Shown one piece after another: positions 61,700 to 64,000 of a stretch of 64,000 bases of DNA. The DNA is taken from the NCBI RefSeq assembly GCF_001949145.1, contig NW_019091361.1, positions 372,001-436,000 of the forward strand, written 5' to 3'. The position numbers were made by a program, and so were the translations under genes. The notes below the pieces were generated by a model, which did no database searches, was not told the DNA's origin, and saw only the letters and a program-made list of their open reading frames with translations. Positions within the stretch are counted from its first letter, which is position 1. Every line of letters starts with the position of its first letter. Origin of the DNA: Acanthaster planci. Its lineage: Eukaryota.

Positions 61700-62500
61700 A
61701 TTTTACGTTTTCGTTCTATATGTTTTGCATTTTGGTCTATATTACAACCGGTCTGGCGTCGAGGTGGCGGCGATTCGTCCTATTTATTAGTTTCGTTCTA
61801 TATTTATCATAGTTTCGTTCAATGTGTATTAGGCCACATGAAAAAAAAAATGTTTAGCGTCAGTGCCTGCCTCAAAAATCTTGCTGCGTGTTTTTCGTTG
61901 TTTTTATAAAGTTGTCTTTTCCGATGTCCTTAGCCGTCCCCCGTAGTTTCTAAAACGCCCACACAACCTCGTGCACGCACAAACTGCGACCTGAGTACAT
62001 GTACATACACTGTATGTGCACTTCTGTGCACAAGTCTAAAGTGAACATGGCGCTTTCGTTCTGTGGTTGCGGCAGTACGTCCAGATCAGCATTCATACCA
62101 AAGTATTTAAAAAAAATAACCTCCTACCTCCTCGTTTTTTTGCAAATCCAACTGATTTGAAACTATTTTTTAAGTGACCTTAGTTTCGTTCCACAGTCTT
62201 TTAGTTTCGTTCTATATTTTAGTTTCGTTTTATATTACTAGTTTCGTCCAATATATTATTTCCGTTCTCTAGGCCTATTTATTAGTTTCGTCGTTTATAT
62301 ATGAGTTTTGTCGTATATTATTTATTAGTTTTCGTCCGATATATCTATCACCTTTGTCCTTTAAATGTACTTTTGTCTTATATCATGGATTGGTTTTCGT
62401 TCTATATGTACTTCTTTCGCACTTTATATATTTGTTTCGTTTTAAATTTAGTTCACTTTCGTCCTATATATTAGTTTCTTCATATCTATTATTTTCATTT
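61700..62500. repeat. T-rich degenerate minisatellite of TAGTTTCGT(T/C) units
   Basis: At least seven tagtttcgt copies (near 61788, 61810, 62181, 62203, 62220, 62239, 62283) plus degenerate ones. Confidence 0.7.
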
Positions 62501-62789
62501 TATTATTTTTTTGTAGGCCTACTAATAAAGTCAGAAAGGGTGTCTCATAGATAAGGGGCAAAACTGTACGACCGAACCATACTTTAATAAGCTTCTTCAT
62601 CGAGTGGCAAAAGGTACCTTAGAACTCTTTTTTTCTAGGCATAGGCTACACCTTTTGTGGGAAGCACAATTAAAGGTCAACTAGAGAGTAACAACTTGAT
62701 ACGGATATAAAAATCACCGAGATACAATGTGGATTGGATCCGAAATCATGCATATTCTTTACAGTAAAATATCAAAACAGTGAGATTAC

Positions 62790-63030
62790 CCTTTACACCG
62801 GCACGGCTCCCCTACATATCAACAAATTTTTATACAGCGCTCCTACGTATACAGCTCGATACTGCCATTTCAGTGCACATTAACTGTCTCTGCCCTAACA
62901 GGTACCCATTTTTACTCCTGGGTGAAGAATGACAAGGGGGAATTAAGTGACTTGCCCAAAGTCACATCATGTAACCGGGAGCAGAACCCCTGACGCTGCG
63001 GGTTAGCCAGTCACAAACCCGACTCCTATA
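62790..63030 (-). mobile_element. tRNA-derived SINE with CORE-like segment
   Basis: caggtacccatttttactcctgggtg and taagtgacttgcccaaagtcaca (close to the MIR/CORE motif), followed by a degenerate tRNA-like head on the minus strand. Confidence 0.7.
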
Positions 63031-63284
63031 GTATTTGTCTCACCTTCAGAGACATAGCGGTATAAGGACAGGAGCTCTGGGTTTCATTTCCCAAAATCAA
63101 TGAGCCTGCTCCCAGATCAAAGAGAAAAATATTCAACCTACTAAATAGGCGCATTCGTACGTTAATAATTCAAATGCCATTTCCTTGTCTGAAAAAAATT
63201 CAAAACGTACGCAAAACATGTCTATTTTTTTTAAATAACAATTGGATTCATCGATCACATCCAAGACAACCAAGTAATCGTTTT

Positions 63285-63387
63285 CTATTTTTCATGTAAG
63301 CCGACCATCTCCACACTCAGATCCCAGAGTCTCCGTGCCGCGTCATCATCCAGTGCATGTTGAGAAGGTTCCTTCGGTGCACAGTCG
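63285..63387 (-). CDS. Last coding exon of a retinol dehydrogenase 11-14-like SDR (SDR7C type); rest of gene beyond the right edge
   Basis: Acceptor acttttctaccttatag, phase 2, encodes (S)DCAPKEPSQHALDDDAARRLWDLSVEMVGLHEK*. This matches the SDC...A.D...A.RLW..S..LVGL C-terminus typical of this family. Confidence 0.85.
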
Positions 63388-64000
63388 CTATAAGGTAGAA
63401 AAGTGGAAAGAGAAATGATGGGAATCGTTTCATTCAGGTCGCCATTTCGAAAAGTGTATTTCTCTGAGTGTCAGTACTTCCCTGTCATACTCTTCAAATT
63501 CTTAATACAACTGATATCTTGCATTCAATAAAGATATGAATTGAAACGCGGCAGCAATTTCGCACCAAGCGTCCATACACAGTGACAGGAGGGACTACCT
63601 GTTTGCCAACTTGAATTTCACATTGCCTGACTGGAGAATGCGAATTCAGGAAAGTTTCATCCCGGTATGTCAGGGGATCCACTTTAAAGAGGTAAAGTCG
63701 ACAAAGCTATATTGACATGTGGAAGCTATTTTTCCTACTTGTATGAACCACAGCCGTCCACAAAAACTGAGAAAGTTGAAATGAAACTGATAAAGTGTGA
63801 TTCCACTCAGGCTGGAGATGCCCGTATATTTTGGCGGGCTTTTCAGTATCATTCAAGTTTCGTCTAAATTCCCTCGTTAAAATCAAAGAAATGTGTTCTG
63901 AATGGAAAAATACTTCCCAATTACATAAAAAAATCTATTTTTATTTTGCATAAATAAATATGTGTGTAAATGTCACTCAATCACGTTACTGTCACGTGAC

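Noticed and set aside
63471..63525. Minus-strand MQDISCIKNLKSMTGKY* resembling the SGKY end of the RDH penultimate exon
   Set aside because: It has a stop where FS and a splice donor should be and lacks the GAQT motif; chance or an unprovable relic.

Overview
AT-rich, intron-containing animal genomic DNA, probably from a marine invertebrate. The non-vertebrate deuterostome guess is inference from repeat content and vertebrate-like intron positions. Almost all short ORFs in the track are noise, so the real genes were spliced by hand using GT-AG sites and phase checks. Left to right: (1) the 5' part of a minus-strand Fos-like gene with two alternative MYP-starting first exons, running off the left edge; (2) about 18 kb with no supported coding gene; (3) an intronless orphan class A GPCR with a Lys-rich/poly-Ser ICL3 and degenerate microswitches; (4) a complete 13-exon SIRT2 (about 395 aa); (5) a convergent 7-exon minus-strand gene (about 557 aa) that appears to join a cRHIM-like amyloid motif, a TRADD-N-like domain and an apolipoprotein-L-like membrane domain, the most interesting item here; (6) two tandem 5-exon SDR9C-type dehydrogenases; (7) the last exon of an RDH11-14-like SDR. 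Several MITEs (some with TSDs), SINE and LINE fragments and simple repeats are also present. No CRISPR array, rRNA or tRNA gene is supported. Family assignments come from motif recognition only; no searches were run.
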